Shown: positions 9,548 through 20,455, counted from the stretch's first letter. The stretch: 64,000 bases of DNA from Bacillus subtilis subsp. subtilis str. 168 (GCF_000009045.1 NC_000964.3:1922001-1986000); one strand, 5' to 3'. Numbers and translations are program-made. Notes: generated from the letters alone by a model not told the origin.

Positions 9548-9832
9548 TTGGTATTCAAAAACCGGTTCATCAGCGTCTTCTGAATAGCTGACGAGAAGGT
9601 CGTGGTTATCAAAGTACCATAAATCACTTTCTTCAATAAAGAAGGTAATGCCATCAGCTTCTGCAGTGACTCCAGCCTCTTGTGGGGCATCTTTCGCTAC
9701 ACCGAGAGAAAAACCCTTTTGAACGTTGCTGCAGCCTCCATAGCGGACGAAAAAGCGAACCTGGTCTCCGCTTTCCAAATCGAGTTCTTCTTTATACCAG
9801 TTCAATGCGTCTTCGTTAATTGTCATATTCAT
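9545..9832 (-). CDS. yneR: HesB/IscA-like protein YneR
   Basis: 95 aa; VRFFVRYGGCS..QKGFSLGV. Confidence 0.88.
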   Translation of the reverse strand: MNMTINEDALNWYKEELDLESGDQVRFFVRYGGCSNVQKGFSLGVAKDAPQEAGVTAEADGITFFIEESDLWYFDNHDLLVSYSEDADEPVFEYQ

Positions 9833-9919
9833 AACAGAACACCCCTTTGTTCTTCATTTGAATTTTCTCTATTATAAACGTATTAGGCTATTCTGTGTCA
9901 AAAGAGAAGTTTTTTAAGC

Positions 9920-10501
9920 TTATAACCATTTTACTTTAGGTTCTGTTTTATTGATAATTCGTTTAATGTTCGCTCGGTGTCTGTATATCACAAAAATAGT
10001 GAGCAGGGTAACGACAATCAATAAATACGTATCATGGACAAAGAAACTATATATAACAGTATAGATCCCTGTTAACATCGATGAGAGAGAAACAAATTTA
10101 GTCAAGTATAAAAAGATGAAGAATACCGCAACCATCGTGATAAATAACAGGGGTGCGTAAAATAGCAAAACGCCTCCTGATGTCGCCACGGCTTTACCGC
10201 CTTTAAATTTGGCGAAGATGGGAAACACGTGGCCTAAAACCGCAAAGACTCCTGCAAGAAGCGGGTGAATATCAACATGCATGAGAAAAGGCAATGCAGT
10301 TGCCAGTGTCCCTTTCAAAATATCTCCGGCTATGACGACCGAACCAGCTTTTACACCCAATGTACGGAATGCATTGGTAGCGCCTAAGTTGCCGCTTCCG
10401 TGCTCCCGAATATCAATTCCTTTGGCAAGCTTGCCCACAATTAAGCCAGATGGAATGCTGCCTATCAAGTAGGCCAAAATAATCAATAAAGCAATTAACA
10501 T
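9920..10501 (-). CDS. plsY: Glycerol-3-phosphate acyltransferase PlsY (YneS)
   Basis: [50 protein letters not shown] motifs. Confidence 0.98.
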   Translation of the reverse strand: MLIALLIILAYLIGSIPSGLIVGKLAKGIDIREHGSGNLGATNAFRTLGVKAGSVVIAGDILKGTLATALPFLMHVDIHPLLAGVFAVLGHVFPIFAKFKGGKAVATSGGVLLFYAPLLFITMVAVFFIFLYLTKFVSLSSMLTGIYTVIYSFFVHDTYLLIVVTLLTIFVIYRHRANIKRIINKTEPKVKWL

Positions 10502-10670
10502 CTACATTTCTCCTTTTTCAAATTCCCTTCTTTTTATTTTAACATGAGATGTCATGATCTGATGATAAGTTTTTTTGTAAAGTTTGCTTACAAATCAAAT
10601 CAAACATGCATCATATTTTGATTTCTCCTGTTTTGATCGTGTAAAATAAGTGAAAAAGGAGTGACACACG

Positions 10671-11078
10671 ATGCAAAACCCTTCTAAAGCGGAAATTAAA
10701 GAGATTCTTCAAAGAAGCAAACGTATAGCGGTAGTAGGGCTTTCAGACCGTCCGGATAGAACGTCACATATGGTTTCAAAAGCAATGCAGGACGCGGGTT
10801 ATGAAATTATCCCTGTGAACCCTACAATTGATGAGGCGCTAGGTGTCAAAGCCGTTTCATCTTTAAAAGAGATAGACGGTCCGATTGACATCGTAAATGT
10901 ATTCCGGCGCTCAGAACAGCTTCCTGGAGTGGCGGAAGAGTTTTTAGAGACAGATGCGCCAGTATTTTGGGCACAGCAAGGGCTAGTTAATGAGGAAGCA
11001 TACCAGATGCTAAAAGAAAAAGGCAGAACGGTTATCATGGATCTGTGCATAAAAGTGGCACACGCTGTAACAAAATAG
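10671..11078 (+). CDS. yneT: CoA-binding protein YneT
   Basis: IAVVGLSDRPDRTS, IPVNP, DIVNVFRRSE, FWAQQG. Confidence 0.93.
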   Translation: MQNPSKAEIKEILQRSKRIAVVGLSDRPDRTSHMVSKAMQDAGYEIIPVNPTIDEALGVKAVSSLKEIDGPIDIVNVFRRSEQLPGVAEEFLETDAPVFWAQQGLVNEEAYQMLKEKGRTVIMDLCIKVAHAVTK

Positions 11079-11225
11079 GTGCAGAACTGCAAAAATCCTT
11101 GTAAATTCAAGGATTTTTGCTTTTTAATTTTAAGATATTGTTTGCGTATTACGGTGAAACAGATACAATAAAGCTTGAACAGCTTTTTTTGAATACCTTG
11201 TCCAGCTGGGTTTCGGCCGTTCGAT

Positions 11226-11254
11226 TTGCGAAGGTCTGCTGCTTTATATATAAT
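11226..11254 (+). promoter_or_regulatory. sigmaA promoter P1 upstream of parE
   Basis: TTGCGA-17-TATAAT. Confidence 0.7.
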
Positions 11255-11257
11255 AAA

Positions 11258-11271
11258 CAAACATACGTTCT
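11258..11271. promoter_or_regulatory. LexA (DinR) SOS box overlapping the P1 start site of parEC
   Basis: CAAACATACGTTCT versus consensus CGAACRNRYGTTYC. Confidence 0.7.
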
Positions 11272-11330
11272 CATAGTGTAAAAACAGCACTAGCCGATGT
11301 TTTGAGAAGAACTGATTCGTTAGCTCTATG

Positions 11331-11358
11331 TTGCGATTGCAAACATATTGGTTATAAT
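11331..11358 (+). promoter_or_regulatory. Possible second sigmaA promoter P2 upstream of parE
   Basis: TTGCGA-16-TATAAT. Confidence 0.5.
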
Positions 11359-11476
11359 GAGGAGTCCAAGGCAGTACTGGCTCGAGGCGAGGTTTATAAA
11401 AAATATCTTATATACAAATGATGTGTAACACTGAAAAGAGAAAGACAATGTTAGTTTTTGAAAGGGGTTTGTACGT

Positions 11477-13444
11477 TTGGCTAGAAAACAGCAATTTGAT
11501 TACAACGAAGATGCCATACAGGTGCTCGAAGGCCTTGAGGCTGTCAGGAAAAGGCCGGGTATGTATATTGGCTCTACTGACGCGCGGGGTTTGCACCACT
11601 TGGTTTATGAAATTGTAGATAACTCTGTCGACGAGGTGCTTGCCGGCCATGGAGATCACATAATCGTCAAAATACATAAAGACAATAGTATTTCTGTACA
11701 GGATAGAGGCCGCGGCATGCCGACCGGAATGCATAAGCTCGGCAAACCAACCCCTGAAGTGATTTTAACGGTGCTTCATGCCGGAGGGAAATTCGGCCAA
11801 GGCGGCTATAAGACAAGCGGCGGGCTCCACGGAGTTGGTGCATCAGTCGTGAATGCTTTATCTGAATGGCTGACGGTTACCATTGAGCGGGACGGTTTTG
11901 TCTATCAGCAGCGATTTGAAAATGGAGGAAAACCGGTTACATCTCTCGAAAAGATCGGCAAAACAAAAAAGACGGGAACTCTTACACACTTTAAGCCAGA
12001 TCCAACGATGTTCAGCACAACCACTTATAATTTTGAAACGCTCTCTGAGCGCTTAAGAGAGTCTGCGTTTTTGTTAAAAGGACTGAAAATTGAGCTGATT
12101 GATGAACGCAATGACCAGCGTGAGGTCTTTTATTATGAAAACGGCATAGAAGCGTTTGTTGCTTACTTAAATGAAGAAAAAGACGTCTTGTCTGAAGTGG
12201 TCTCGTTTGAGGGTGAGCATCATTCTATAGAAGTGGACTTTGCGTTCCAGTTTAACGATGGTTATTCTGAAAATATTTTGTCGTTTGTCAACAATGTCAG
12301 AACAAAAGACGGCGGGACGCATGAGTCAGGTGCAAAAACTGCGATGACGCGTGCTTTTAATGAATATGCGCGAAAAGTGGCTTTGCTGAAAGAAAAGGAT
12401 AAGAACCTTGAAGGCACCGATATAAGGGAAGGGCTTTCAGCCATTATTTCTGTCCGCATTCCTGAGGAGCTTCTTCAATTTGAGGGACAAACAAAAGGAA
12501 AGCTCGGTACCAGTGAAGCAAGATCAGCGGTGGATGCGATTGTTTCAGAGCAGCTTGCTTACTTTTTAGAGGAAAATCGGGACACCGCAACGCTTCTTGT
12601 CAAAAAAGCAATCAAGGCGAGCCAGGCGCGCGAAGCGGCACGCAAAGCCCGTGAAGAAGCAAGAAGCGGCAAAAAACGAAAAAAATCAGAAGCGACTTTA
12701 AGCGGAAAGCTGACGCCTGCGGGTTCAAGAAACCCGGCAAAAAATGAATTGTATCTCGTTGAGGGAGATTCAGCAGGCGGGTCAGCCAAGCAGGGACGAG
12801 ACCGCAGATTCCAGGCGGTTCTGCCTTTACGCGGTAAAGTCATTAATACAGAAAAAGCTAAGCTTGCTGATATCTTTAAAAATGAAGAGATCAATACGAT
12901 CATTCATGCGATCGGCGGGGGAGTCGGGGCAGATTTCTCAATCGATGACATCAACTACGACAAAATCATCATTATGACCGATGCCGATACTGACGGCGCC
13001 CATATTCAAGTGCTGCTTCTTACCTTTTTCTATCGCTATATGAAACCGCTCATTGAGCATGGCAAGGTGTTCATTGCGCTGCCACCTTTATATAAGGTCA
13101 GTAAAGGAAGCGGGAAAAAGGAAATCATTGAATATGCATGGTCTGATGAAGAGATGGGGGATGTCCTGAAAAAAGTCGGCAAAGGCTATACCATTCAACG
13201 ATATAAGGGTCTTGGAGAGATGAACGCAGACCAGCTGTGGGAAACGACGATGAATCCGGAGTCCCGCACACTTGTTAGGGTCAAAATTGACGATGCGGCA
13301 CGTGTAGAGAGACGTGTGACGACGTTAATGGGAGACAAAGTAGAGCCGCGCAGAAAGTGGATTGAGAAAAACGTCGCTTTCGGCTTAGATGAAGAAAGCA
13401 ATATTTTAGAAAATGAAAACTTATCGGTCGCTGAGGAGGTTTAA
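11477..13444 (+). CDS. parE: DNA topoisomerase IV subunit B
   Basis: 655 aa, TTG start; GLEAVRKRPGMYIGS, LVEGDSAGGS, LPLRGK, MTDADTDG, RYKGLGEM. Confidence 0.99.
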   Translation: MARKQQFDYNEDAIQVLEGLEAVRKRPGMYIGSTDARGLHHLVYEIVDNSVDEVLAGHGDHIIVKIHKDNSISVQDRGRGMPTGMHKLGKPTPEVILTVLHAGGKFGQGGYKTSGGLHGVGASVVNALSEWLTVTIERDGFVYQQRFENGGKPVTSLEKIGKTKKTGTLTHFKPDPTMFSTTTYNFETLSERLRESAFLLKGLKIELIDERNDQREVFYYENGIEAFVAYLNEEKDVLSEVVSFEGEHHSIEVDFAFQFNDGYSENILSFVNNVRTKDGGTHESGAKTAMTRAFNEYARKVALLKEKDKNLEGTDIREGLSAIISVRIPEELLQFEGQTKGKLGTSEARSAVDAIVSEQLAYFLEENRDTATLLVKKAIKASQAREAARKAREEARSGKKRKKSEATLSGKLTPAGSRNPAKNELYLVEGDSAGGSAKQGRDRRFQAVLPLRGKVINTEKAKLADIFKNEEINTIIHAIGGGVGADFSIDDINYDKIIIMTDADTDGAHIQVLLLTFFYRYMKPLIEHGKVFIALPPLYKVSKGSGKKEIIEYAWSDEEMGDVLKKVGKGYTIQRYKGLGEMNADQLWETTMNPESRTLVRVKIDDAARVERRVTTLMGDKVEPRRKWIEKNVAFGLDEESNILENENLSVAEEV

Positions 13445-13447
13445 TGA

Positions 13448-15868
13448 TTGTCACAGCCAGAATTATTTCATGATTTACCATTAGAAGAGGTGATCGGCGA
13501 CCGTTTTGGACGCTACAGTAAATATATTATTCAAGACAGGGCGCTGCCCGATGCGAGAGACGGATTAAAGCCGGTACAGCGCAGAATTCTGTATGCAATG
13601 CATACAGATGGAAACACGTTTGATAAAAACTTCAGAAAAGCGGCCAAAACGGTCGGTAACGTCATCGGTAACTATCATCCGCACGGTGACAGCTCGGTTT
13701 ATGAAGCAATGGTGCGGATGAGCCAGGATTGGAAAGTTCGTAATGTGTTAATCGAAATGCATGGAAACAATGGAAGCATCGACGGAGATCCCCCGGCAGC
13801 CATGCGTTATACAGAGGCACGATTATCTCCGATAGCATCTGAGCTTCTTCGGGATATTGACAAAAACACGGTTGAATTTGTGCCGAACTTCGATGATACA
13901 AGCAAGGAGCCTGTCGTACTCCCGGCGATGTTTCCTAACCTATTGGTCAACGGATCTACCGGGATTTCAGCAGGATACGCGACCGACATTCCCCCTCATC
14001 ATCTGGGAGAAGTCATTGATGCTGTCATTAAGCGTATTCAAATGCCTTCTTGCTCTGTTGACGAACTCATGGAAGTTATTAAAGGGCCTGATTTTCCGAC
14101 AGGCGGTATTATTCAGGGCGTTGACGGGATAAGAAAAGCTTACGAAACCGGAAAAGGAAAAATCATTATCCGCGGAAAGGCTGAAATTGAAACAATCAGA
14201 GGCGGACGAGAACAAATTGTCATTACTGAAATTCCATTTGAAGTAAATAAAGCAAACCTTGTAAAAAAAATGGACGAGTTCCGTATTGATAAAAAGGTTG
14301 AAGGCATCTCAGAGGTTCGTGATGAAACGGATCGAACAGGGCTGAGAGTGGTCATTGAACTGAAAAAAGAAGCTGATGCCAAAGGCATTTTGAATTTCTT
14401 ATATAAAAATACTGATTTGCAGATCACATATAACTTCAATATGGTGGCTATCCATAACCGCCGTCCGATGCTGATGAGCCTGCCGTCTATTTTGGATGCA
14501 TATATCGGACACCAAAAGGAAGTTGTCACAAACCGGTCCGTTTACGAGCTTCAAAAAGCAAAAGACAGACATCATATCGTAGAAGGGCTCATGAAAGCTT
14601 TGTCTATTTTGGATGAAGTGATTGCAACAATCCGTTCTTCTAGCGATAAACGTGACGCTAAAAACAATTTGATCGCGAAATATGAATTTACAGAGCCTCA
14701 GGCTGAAGCCATCGTGTCATTGCAGCTATATCGTTTAACCAATACCGATATCACAGCGCTTAAGGAAGAGGCAGAAGAGCTCGGTAAAAAAATTGAAGAG
14801 CTCGAATCTATTCTGAGCAATGATAAAAAACTGCTAAAAGTGATTACAAACAGCTTAAAAGCACTGAAAAAGAAATATGCAGATACGAGACGCTCCGTGA
14901 TTGAAGAAAAAATTGAAGAAATTAAAATCAATCTCGAAGTCATGGTTGCATCTGAGGATGTATATGTAACCGTTACGAAGGATGGTTACCTAAAACGGAC
15001 GAGCCAGCGCTCATTTGCCGCTTCCAACGGTCAGGACTTCGGAATGAAAGATACGGACAGGATGCTGCATCAGTTTGAAATGAATACGACAGACGTGCTG
15101 CTGCTCTTTACGAACAAAGGAAGCTACATCTATTGTCCTGTTCACCAGCTGCCTGATATCAGATGGAAGGACATGGGCCAGCATTTTTCAAATCTAATCA
15201 CTATTGACCGTGATGAAACGATTGTAAAGGCTATACCGATAAAAGAATTTGATCCGTCGGCATATCTTCTATTCTTTACGAAAAACGGTATGGTGAAAAA
15301 GACAGAGCTCACTCATTATAAAGCACAGCGTTATTCTAAGGCACTTGTAGCCTTAAATCTGAAGGGTGAAGATGAACTGATTGATGTACATGTAACAAAT
15401 GGGGAAAGCCAGATCTTTATGGCCACTCACTTAGGGTATGGTCTATGGTTTGGAGAAGACGAAGTGAATGTAGTTGGCGCGCGTGCGGCAGGTGTCAAAG
15501 GGATTAACTTAAAAGAGGATGACTTTGTTGTCTCCGGTGAGATTCTTCAGCAATCTGATTCAATTGTCTTGTTCACACAGCGGGGAGCGGTTAAACGCAT
15601 GAGTCTTTCTGAGTTCGAGAAGACATCCCGTGCAAAACGCGGTGTCGTAATGCTAAGGGAACTGAAAAAGAATCCTCACCGTGTTGTAGCACTGTTCGCT
15701 TGCGGTCTTGAACAGCGACTAATGGCAGAAACAGAAAAAGGCGACAGAAAAGAACTGCAGACAAAAGAGTTGCGGACAAACGACAGATACAGCAATGGCT
15801 CTTTCTTTTTTGATGAAGAGGAATCAGGCAAGGTTACAGCTGTTTGGCGCCTTCATACAGAACAATAA
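13448..15868 (+). CDS. parC: DNA topoisomerase IV subunit A
   Basis: 806 aa, TTG start with SD GAGGAGG; [24 protein letters not shown] (catalytic Tyr), beta-pinwheel CTD. Confidence 0.99.
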   Translation: MSQPELFHDLPLEEVIGDRFGRYSKYIIQDRALPDARDGLKPVQRRILYAMHTDGNTFDKNFRKAAKTVGNVIGNYHPHGDSSVYEAMVRMSQDWKVRNVLIEMHGNNGSIDGDPPAAMRYTEARLSPIASELLRDIDKNTVEFVPNFDDTSKEPVVLPAMFPNLLVNGSTGISAGYATDIPPHHLGEVIDAVIKRIQMPSCSVDELMEVIKGPDFPTGGIIQGVDGIRKAYETGKGKIIIRGKAEIETIRGGREQIVITEIPFEVNKANLVKKMDEFRIDKKVEGISEVRDETDRTGLRVVIELKKEADAKGILNFLYKNTDLQITYNFNMVAIHNRRPMLMSLPSILDAYIGHQKEVVTNRSVYELQKAKDRHHIVEGLMKALSILDEVIATIRSSSDKRDAKNNLIAKYEFTEPQAEAIVSLQLYRLTNTDITALKEEAEELGKKIEELESILSNDKKLLKVITNSLKALKKKYADTRRSVIEEKIEEIKINLEVMVASEDVYVTVTKDGYLKRTSQRSFAASNGQDFGMKDTDRMLHQFEMNTTDVLLLFTNKGSYIYCPVHQLPDIRWKDMGQHFSNLITIDRDETIVKAIPIKEFDPSAYLLFFTKNGMVKKTELTHYKAQRYSKALVALNLKGEDELIDVHVTNGESQIFMATHLGYGLWFGEDEVNVVGARAAGVKGINLKEDDFVVSGEILQQSDSIVLFTQRGAVKRMSLSEFEKTSRAKRGVVMLRELKKNPHRVVALFACGLEQRLMAETEKGDRKELQTKELRTNDRYSNGSFFFDEEESGKVTAVWRLHTEQ

Positions 15869-15869
15869 T

Positions 15870-15901
15870 AAAAAACCCGCTCATACTATATGAGCGGGTT
15901 T
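15870..15901. terminator. Bidirectional terminator parC / ynfC-sORF
   Basis: 13-bp stem AAACCCGCTCATA-cta-TATGAGCGGGTTT. Confidence 0.9.
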
Positions 15902-15914
15902 CGTTTGTTTTTTA

Positions 15915-16040
15915 TCAGCTTTCATGGTTGGTGAATAGATCTGTTACAGCATGAATGACTTCAATCCCCTGCCATACAAATAAATTCAGCGCTGTGAAAG
16001 AAAATAAGCCTAAAATCACCATTCTTAAGATAAACAACAT
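15915..16040 (-). CDS. Small hydrophobic membrane protein, 41 aa (not in ORF track)
   Basis: MLFILRMVILGLFSFTALNLFVWQGIEVIHAVTDLFTNHES; strong SD GAGGAGG 9 nt upstream; starts 25 nt after the ynfC stop; followed by the shared terminator. Confidence 0.72.
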   Translation of the reverse strand: MLFILRMVILGLFSFTALNLFVWQGIEVIHAVTDLFTNHES

Positions 16041-16065
16041 GTTTAACAGCCTCCTCATATTTTCG

Positions 16066-16419
16066 TTACATAATCGGGTGATGTTGAACATGAAGTTTGC
16101 CGAAATAAGACGATTGATAAAATTTGGCCAGTATAAAGCTTTTTTTCCGCTGACGTCTGCGGGAGTATCCCGTACTTTTGCTTTCAGCGGTCAGCAGCAG
16201 AACAGCCATTGCCCATAAAGCGGTCAGCGTAAATGCCCCTGTGATGGATTTCTTCTCATCATCAGCATTTTGGCCGGCTTTCATCTCATGCATTTCCTGC
16301 TGGTCGGCTACGGCTTTATAATGATGGCCGATATCAAAGGCGTGGGGAATTGAGAACAAATGAAAACTGGCAATCGCCAAGAATAAGATGGATGCTTTCA
16401 ATATCGTTACTTTTTTCAA
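16066..16419 (-). CDS. ynfC: YnfC, two-TM membrane protein of unknown function (117 aa, TTG start)
   Basis: SD AAAGGAGG before TTG at 16419; the promoter lies downstream of the ORF-track ATG (16476), which supports the shorter start. Confidence 0.8.
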   Translation of the reverse strand: MKKVTILKASILFLAIASFHLFSIPHAFDIGHHYKAVADQQEMHEMKAGQNADDEKKSITGAFTLTALWAMAVLLLTAESKSTGYSRRRQRKKSFILAKFYQSSYFGKLHVQHHPIM

Positions 16420-16459
16420 ATGATCTCCCCCTCCTTTAATATTACTGAATATTTTTATA

Positions 16460-16488
16460 ATAATACCCCAATCCATCCTAAAAGTAAA
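16460..16488 (-). promoter_or_regulatory. sigmaA promoter for ynfC-sORF
   Basis: TTTACT-17-TATTAT on the minus strand. Confidence 0.6.
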
Positions 16489-16824
16489 CCTGATTTATTA
16501 AATTTAAAAATAAATTTAACTTTGTTAAGTATATATCTTTTTGCTTATTTTTGAAAGAGAAAACTTCTTTTATTAGCGTATGTATACCCGGTTTATGGTG
16601 TGAATAAAAACATATTTTAAATGATATGTTGTTTAGGATTTATTACTTTATTTATGTGTAAATCAAAGAGAAAGGCAAGAGAATGGGAAGAAATGATTAC
16701 ATTGTTAATAGGGTACTCTTTTTTTAAAGCCAGTTTGCAAGGAATGTTTTTATTCGTAGGAAAATAATAGAGAAGGGGTCGACAGAGTAACATCTGGCTA
16801 TGACAATATTCTTCTCGAAAAAAC

Positions 16825-16852
16825 TTCCTAATTCGTCATATTGTGATATAAT
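16825..16852 (+). promoter_or_regulatory. sigmaA promoter of alsT
   Basis: TTCCTA-16-TATAAT with extended TGn motif (TG at 16844-16845). Confidence 0.7.
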
Positions 16853-16863
16853 AAAACTCGTTA

Positions 16864-16880
16864 TGTTAAAAAATCTAACA
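16864..16880. promoter_or_regulatory. TnrA/GlnR box just downstream of the alsT start site (repressive position)
   Basis: TGTTA-aaaaatc-TAACA is a perfect TGTNA-N7-TNACA. Confidence 0.85.
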
Positions 16881-16924
16881 TCAAAATCGAATTCGTATTG
16901 AATTGATGAAAACGGGAGGTAAAT

Positions 16925-18322
16925 ATGGAGTCTTTTTTCAATAGTTTGATTAATATTCCAAGTGATTTCATCTGGAAATACCTATTTTATATTTTAATAG
17001 GGCTTGGATTATTTTTTACCATACGTTTTGGTTTTATCCAATTCCGTTATTTTATTGAAATGTTCAGAATAGTAGGGGAGAAGCCGGAAGGAAATAAAGG
17101 TGTTTCATCTATGCAGGCATTCTTTATTTCGGCCGCATCCCGAGTCGGCACAGGGAATTTGACTGGTGTAGCCTTAGCAATTGCGACAGGCGGACCAGGC
17201 GCTGTATTTTGGATGTGGGTAGTGGCTGCAGTAGGCATGGCTTCAAGCTTTGTCGAAAGTACATTAGCACAGCTTTATAAGGTAAGAGACGGGGAGGATT
17301 TCCGCGGAGGGCCGGCCTACTATATTCAAAAGGGTCTTGGTGCCAGATGGCTTGGCATCGTTTTTGCAATCTTAATTACCGTCTCATTCGGCTTGATTTT
17401 TAACGCTGTTCAAACAAATACAATTGCTGGAGCATTGGATGGCGCATTCCATGTAAATAAAATAGTTGTAGCCATAGTTCTGGCGGTTTTAACTGCGTTT
17501 ATCATTTTCGGCGGTTTAAAACGTGTTGTCGCTGTTTCACAGCTAATTGTGCCGGTTATGGCAGGCATTTATATTCTTATCGCTTTATTTGTTGTCATCA
17601 CGAATATTACGGCTTTCCCTGGCGTTATCGCTACAATTGTTAAAAATGCTTTAGGTTTTGAACAAGTCGTCGGCGGCGGAATAGGCGGCATCATCGTTAT
17701 CGGTGCGCAACGCGGACTTTTTTCAAACGAAGCAGGAATGGGGAGCGCACCAAACGCGGCTGCGACGGCTCATGTATCCCATCCGGCAAAGCAAGGCTTT
17801 ATTCAAACATTAGGCGTATTTTTCGATACATTTATCATATGTACGTCCACAGCATTTATTATTTTGCTGTACAGTGTAACGCCAAAAGGCGACGGCATCC
17901 AAGTCACACAGGCTGCTCTTAACCATCACATTGGAGGCTGGGCGCCGACTTTCATCGCAGTCGCAATGTTCTTGTTTGCATTCAGTTCAGTTGTCGGCAA
18001 CTATTATTATGGCGAGACAAACATTGAATTTATTAAAACAAGCAAAACATGGCTGAACATTTACCGTATCGCTGTTATTGCTATGGTTGTGTATGGATCT
18101 TTATCAGGCTTCCAAATCGTTTGGGATATGGCGGACCTCTTTATGGGTATCATGGCGCTGATCAACTTAATTGTGATTGCGCTGCTGTCAAACGTTGCTT
18201 ACAAAGTGTATAAAGATTACGCGAAACAGCGTAAGCAAGGACTTGATCCTGTGTTTAAAGCGAAAAACATCCCAGGGCTGAAAAACGCTGAAACATGGGA
18301 AGATGAGAAACAAGAAGCATAA
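16925..18322 (+). CDS. alsT: Amino acid:cation symporter (AGCS family) AlsT
   Basis: 465 aa; ASRVGTGNLTGVA, GGPGAVFWMW, RGGPAYY, RGLFSNEAGMGSAP. Confidence 0.97.
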   Translation: MESFFNSLINIPSDFIWKYLFYILIGLGLFFTIRFGFIQFRYFIEMFRIVGEKPEGNKGVSSMQAFFISAASRVGTGNLTGVALAIATGGPGAVFWMWVVAAVGMASSFVESTLAQLYKVRDGEDFRGGPAYYIQKGLGARWLGIVFAILITVSFGLIFNAVQTNTIAGALDGAFHVNKIVVAIVLAVLTAFIIFGGLKRVVAVSQLIVPVMAGIYILIALFVVITNITAFPGVIATIVKNALGFEQVVGGGIGGIIVIGAQRGLFSNEAGMGSAPNAAATAHVSHPAKQGFIQTLGVFFDTFIICTSTAFIILLYSVTPKGDGIQVTQAALNHHIGGWAPTFIAVAMFLFAFSSVVGNYYYGETNIEFIKTSKTWLNIYRIAVIAMVVYGSLSGFQIVWDMADLFMGIMALINLIVIALLSNVAYKVYKDYAKQRKQGLDPVFKAKNIPGLKNAETWEDEKQEA

Positions 18323-18336
18323 TATAAATATAAAAC

Positions 18337-18370
18337 AAAGCTGCATTCAATAGTTGAATGCAGCTTTTTC
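18337..18370 (+). terminator. alsT terminator
   Basis: 14-bp stem AAAGCTGCATTCAA-tag-TTGAATGCAGCTTT plus T-tract. Confidence 0.92.
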
Positions 18371-18536
18371 ATTATTGGAAATAAATTTAATTTTTCGACT
18401 CGAATGAAAAATGACGTGTAAAGTCCCAATTCAGTCCAGTTTTCTTTGTTCTATATGTGTCATGTGTGTCTTATTCATTGGAGGTAGAGCAAATTGACAG
18501 GCTTTTAAACCTCCCCAAAACAAGAAATTAGGTTGA

Positions 18537-18565
18537 TAGACAATCATGAGAAAGATTTTTACAAT
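18537..18565 (+). promoter_or_regulatory. sigmaA promoter of eglS
   Basis: TAGACA-17-TACAAT. Confidence 0.72.
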
Positions 18566-18624
18566 GAGTTCGTGCTCATAAGAAGTGTAGAGCCAAAATG
18601 ATGCGAAGGAGGAAAAGATCAGAT

Positions 18625-20124
18625 ATGAAACGGTCAATCTCTATTTTTATTACGTGTTTATTGATTACGTTATTGACAATGGGCGGCATGATAGCTTCGC
18701 CGGCATCAGCAGCAGGGACAAAAACGCCAGTAGCCAAGAATGGCCAGCTTAGCATAAAAGGTACACAGCTCGTTAACCGAGACGGTAAAGCGGTACAGCT
18801 GAAGGGGATCAGTTCACACGGATTGCAATGGTATGGAGAATATGTCAATAAAGACAGCTTAAAATGGCTGAGAGATGATTGGGGTATCACCGTTTTCCGT
18901 GCAGCGATGTATACGGCAGATGGCGGTTATATTGACAACCCGTCCGTGAAAAATAAAGTAAAAGAAGCGGTTGAAGCGGCAAAAGAGCTTGGGATATATG
19001 TCATCATTGACTGGCATATCTTAAATGACGGTAATCCAAACCAAAATAAAGAGAAGGCAAAAGAATTCTTCAAGGAAATGTCAAGCCTTTACGGAAACAC
19101 GCCAAACGTCATTTATGAAATTGCAAACGAACCAAACGGTGATGTGAACTGGAAGCGTGATATTAAACCATATGCGGAAGAAGTGATTTCAGTTATCCGC
19201 AAAAATGATCCAGACAACATCATCATTGTCGGAACCGGTACATGGAGCCAGGATGTGAATGATGCTGCCGATGACCAGCTAAAAGATGCAAACGTTATGT
19301 ACGCACTTCATTTTTATGCCGGCACACACGGCCAATTTTTACGGGATAAAGCAAACTATGCACTCAGCAAAGGAGCACCTATTTTTGTGACAGAGTGGGG
19401 AACAAGCGACGCGTCTGGCAATGGCGGTGTATTCCTTGATCAATCGAGGGAATGGCTGAAATATCTCGACAGCAAGACCATTAGCTGGGTGAACTGGAAT
19501 CTTTCTGATAAGCAGGAATCATCCTCAGCTTTAAAGCCGGGGGCATCTAAAACAGGCGGCTGGCGGTTGTCAGATTTATCTGCTTCAGGAACATTCGTTA
19601 GAGAAAACATTCTCGGCACCAAAGATTCGACGAAGGACATTCCTGAAACGCCATCAAAAGATAAACCCACACAGGAAAATGGTATTTCTGTACAGTACAG
19701 AGCAGGGGATGGGAGTATGAACAGCAACCAAATCCGTCCGCAGCTTCAAATAAAAAATAACGGCAATACCACGGTTGATTTAAAAGATGTCACTGCCCGT
19801 TACTGGTATAAAGCGAAAAACAAAGGCCAAAACTTTGACTGTGACTACGCGCAGATTGGATGCGGCAATGTGACACACAAGTTTGTGACGTTGCATAAAC
19901 CAAAGCAAGGTGCAGATACCTATCTGGAACTTGGATTTAAAAACGGAACGTTGGCACCGGGAGCAAGCACAGGGAATATTCAGCTCCGTCTTCACAATGA
20001 TGACTGGAGCAATTATGCACAAAGCGGCGATTATTCCTTTTTCAAATCAAATACGTTTAAAACAACGAAAAAAATCACATTATATGATCAAGGAAAACTG
20101 ATTTGGGGAACAGAACCAAATTAG
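18625..20124 (+). CDS. eglS: Endo-1,4-beta-glucanase (GH5 + CBM3) EglS/BglC, 499 aa
   Basis: Signal peptide MKRSISIF; GH5 IYEIANEP and FVTEWG catalytic glutamates; C-terminal CBM3; SD AAGGAGG before ATG 18625. Confidence 0.98.
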
Positions 20125-20139
20125 TTAAGCTTTTTTTTG

Positions 20140-20167
20140 GCGGACATCAGTAACGATGTCCGTTTTT
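20140..20167 (+). terminator. eglS terminator
   Basis: CGGACATC-agtaac-GATGTCCG-TTTTT. Confidence 0.8.
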
Positions 20168-20191
20168 ATCATCTAATAGGAGGTTTGCGTT

Positions 20192-20455
20192 GTGGATGAA
20201 ATACTGAAACAGTATATGGTGCTGTATAAAAAAATGAGTAATATGATAAATGGTCCCGACTATCCAGGTAAGGAAAAAGACATCCAGCATCAAAAAGATC
20301 AGATCGAAGTTTACGAAAAACAGCTGCAGCAAGGATTTTCTACAGATTATGACTATGATGTGTTTGCTGATTCTGTTATCAAATGCGCATATGGCGATAT
20401 GACGCTGGAAGATTTAGAAGCCGTTTATTATGGATTGACAACACCATTTTTTTGA
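20192..20455 (+). CDS. ynfE: YnfE, small acidic protein of unknown function
   Basis: 87 aa, GTG start, SD AGGAGG. Confidence 0.82.

Noticed and set aside
13444-13470. ATG overlapping the parE stop (TAATG) close to the strong SD
   Set aside because: Out of frame and stops after 8 codons; TTG at 13448 has normal SD spacing
16420-16476. N-terminal extension of ynfC in the ORF track (MDWGIIIK...)
   Set aside because: It begins inside the predicted promoter; the SD supports TTG at 16419
16498-16519. TTAAATTT-N6-AAATTTAA palindrome
   Set aside because: Pure A/T in a very AT-rich region; expected by chance
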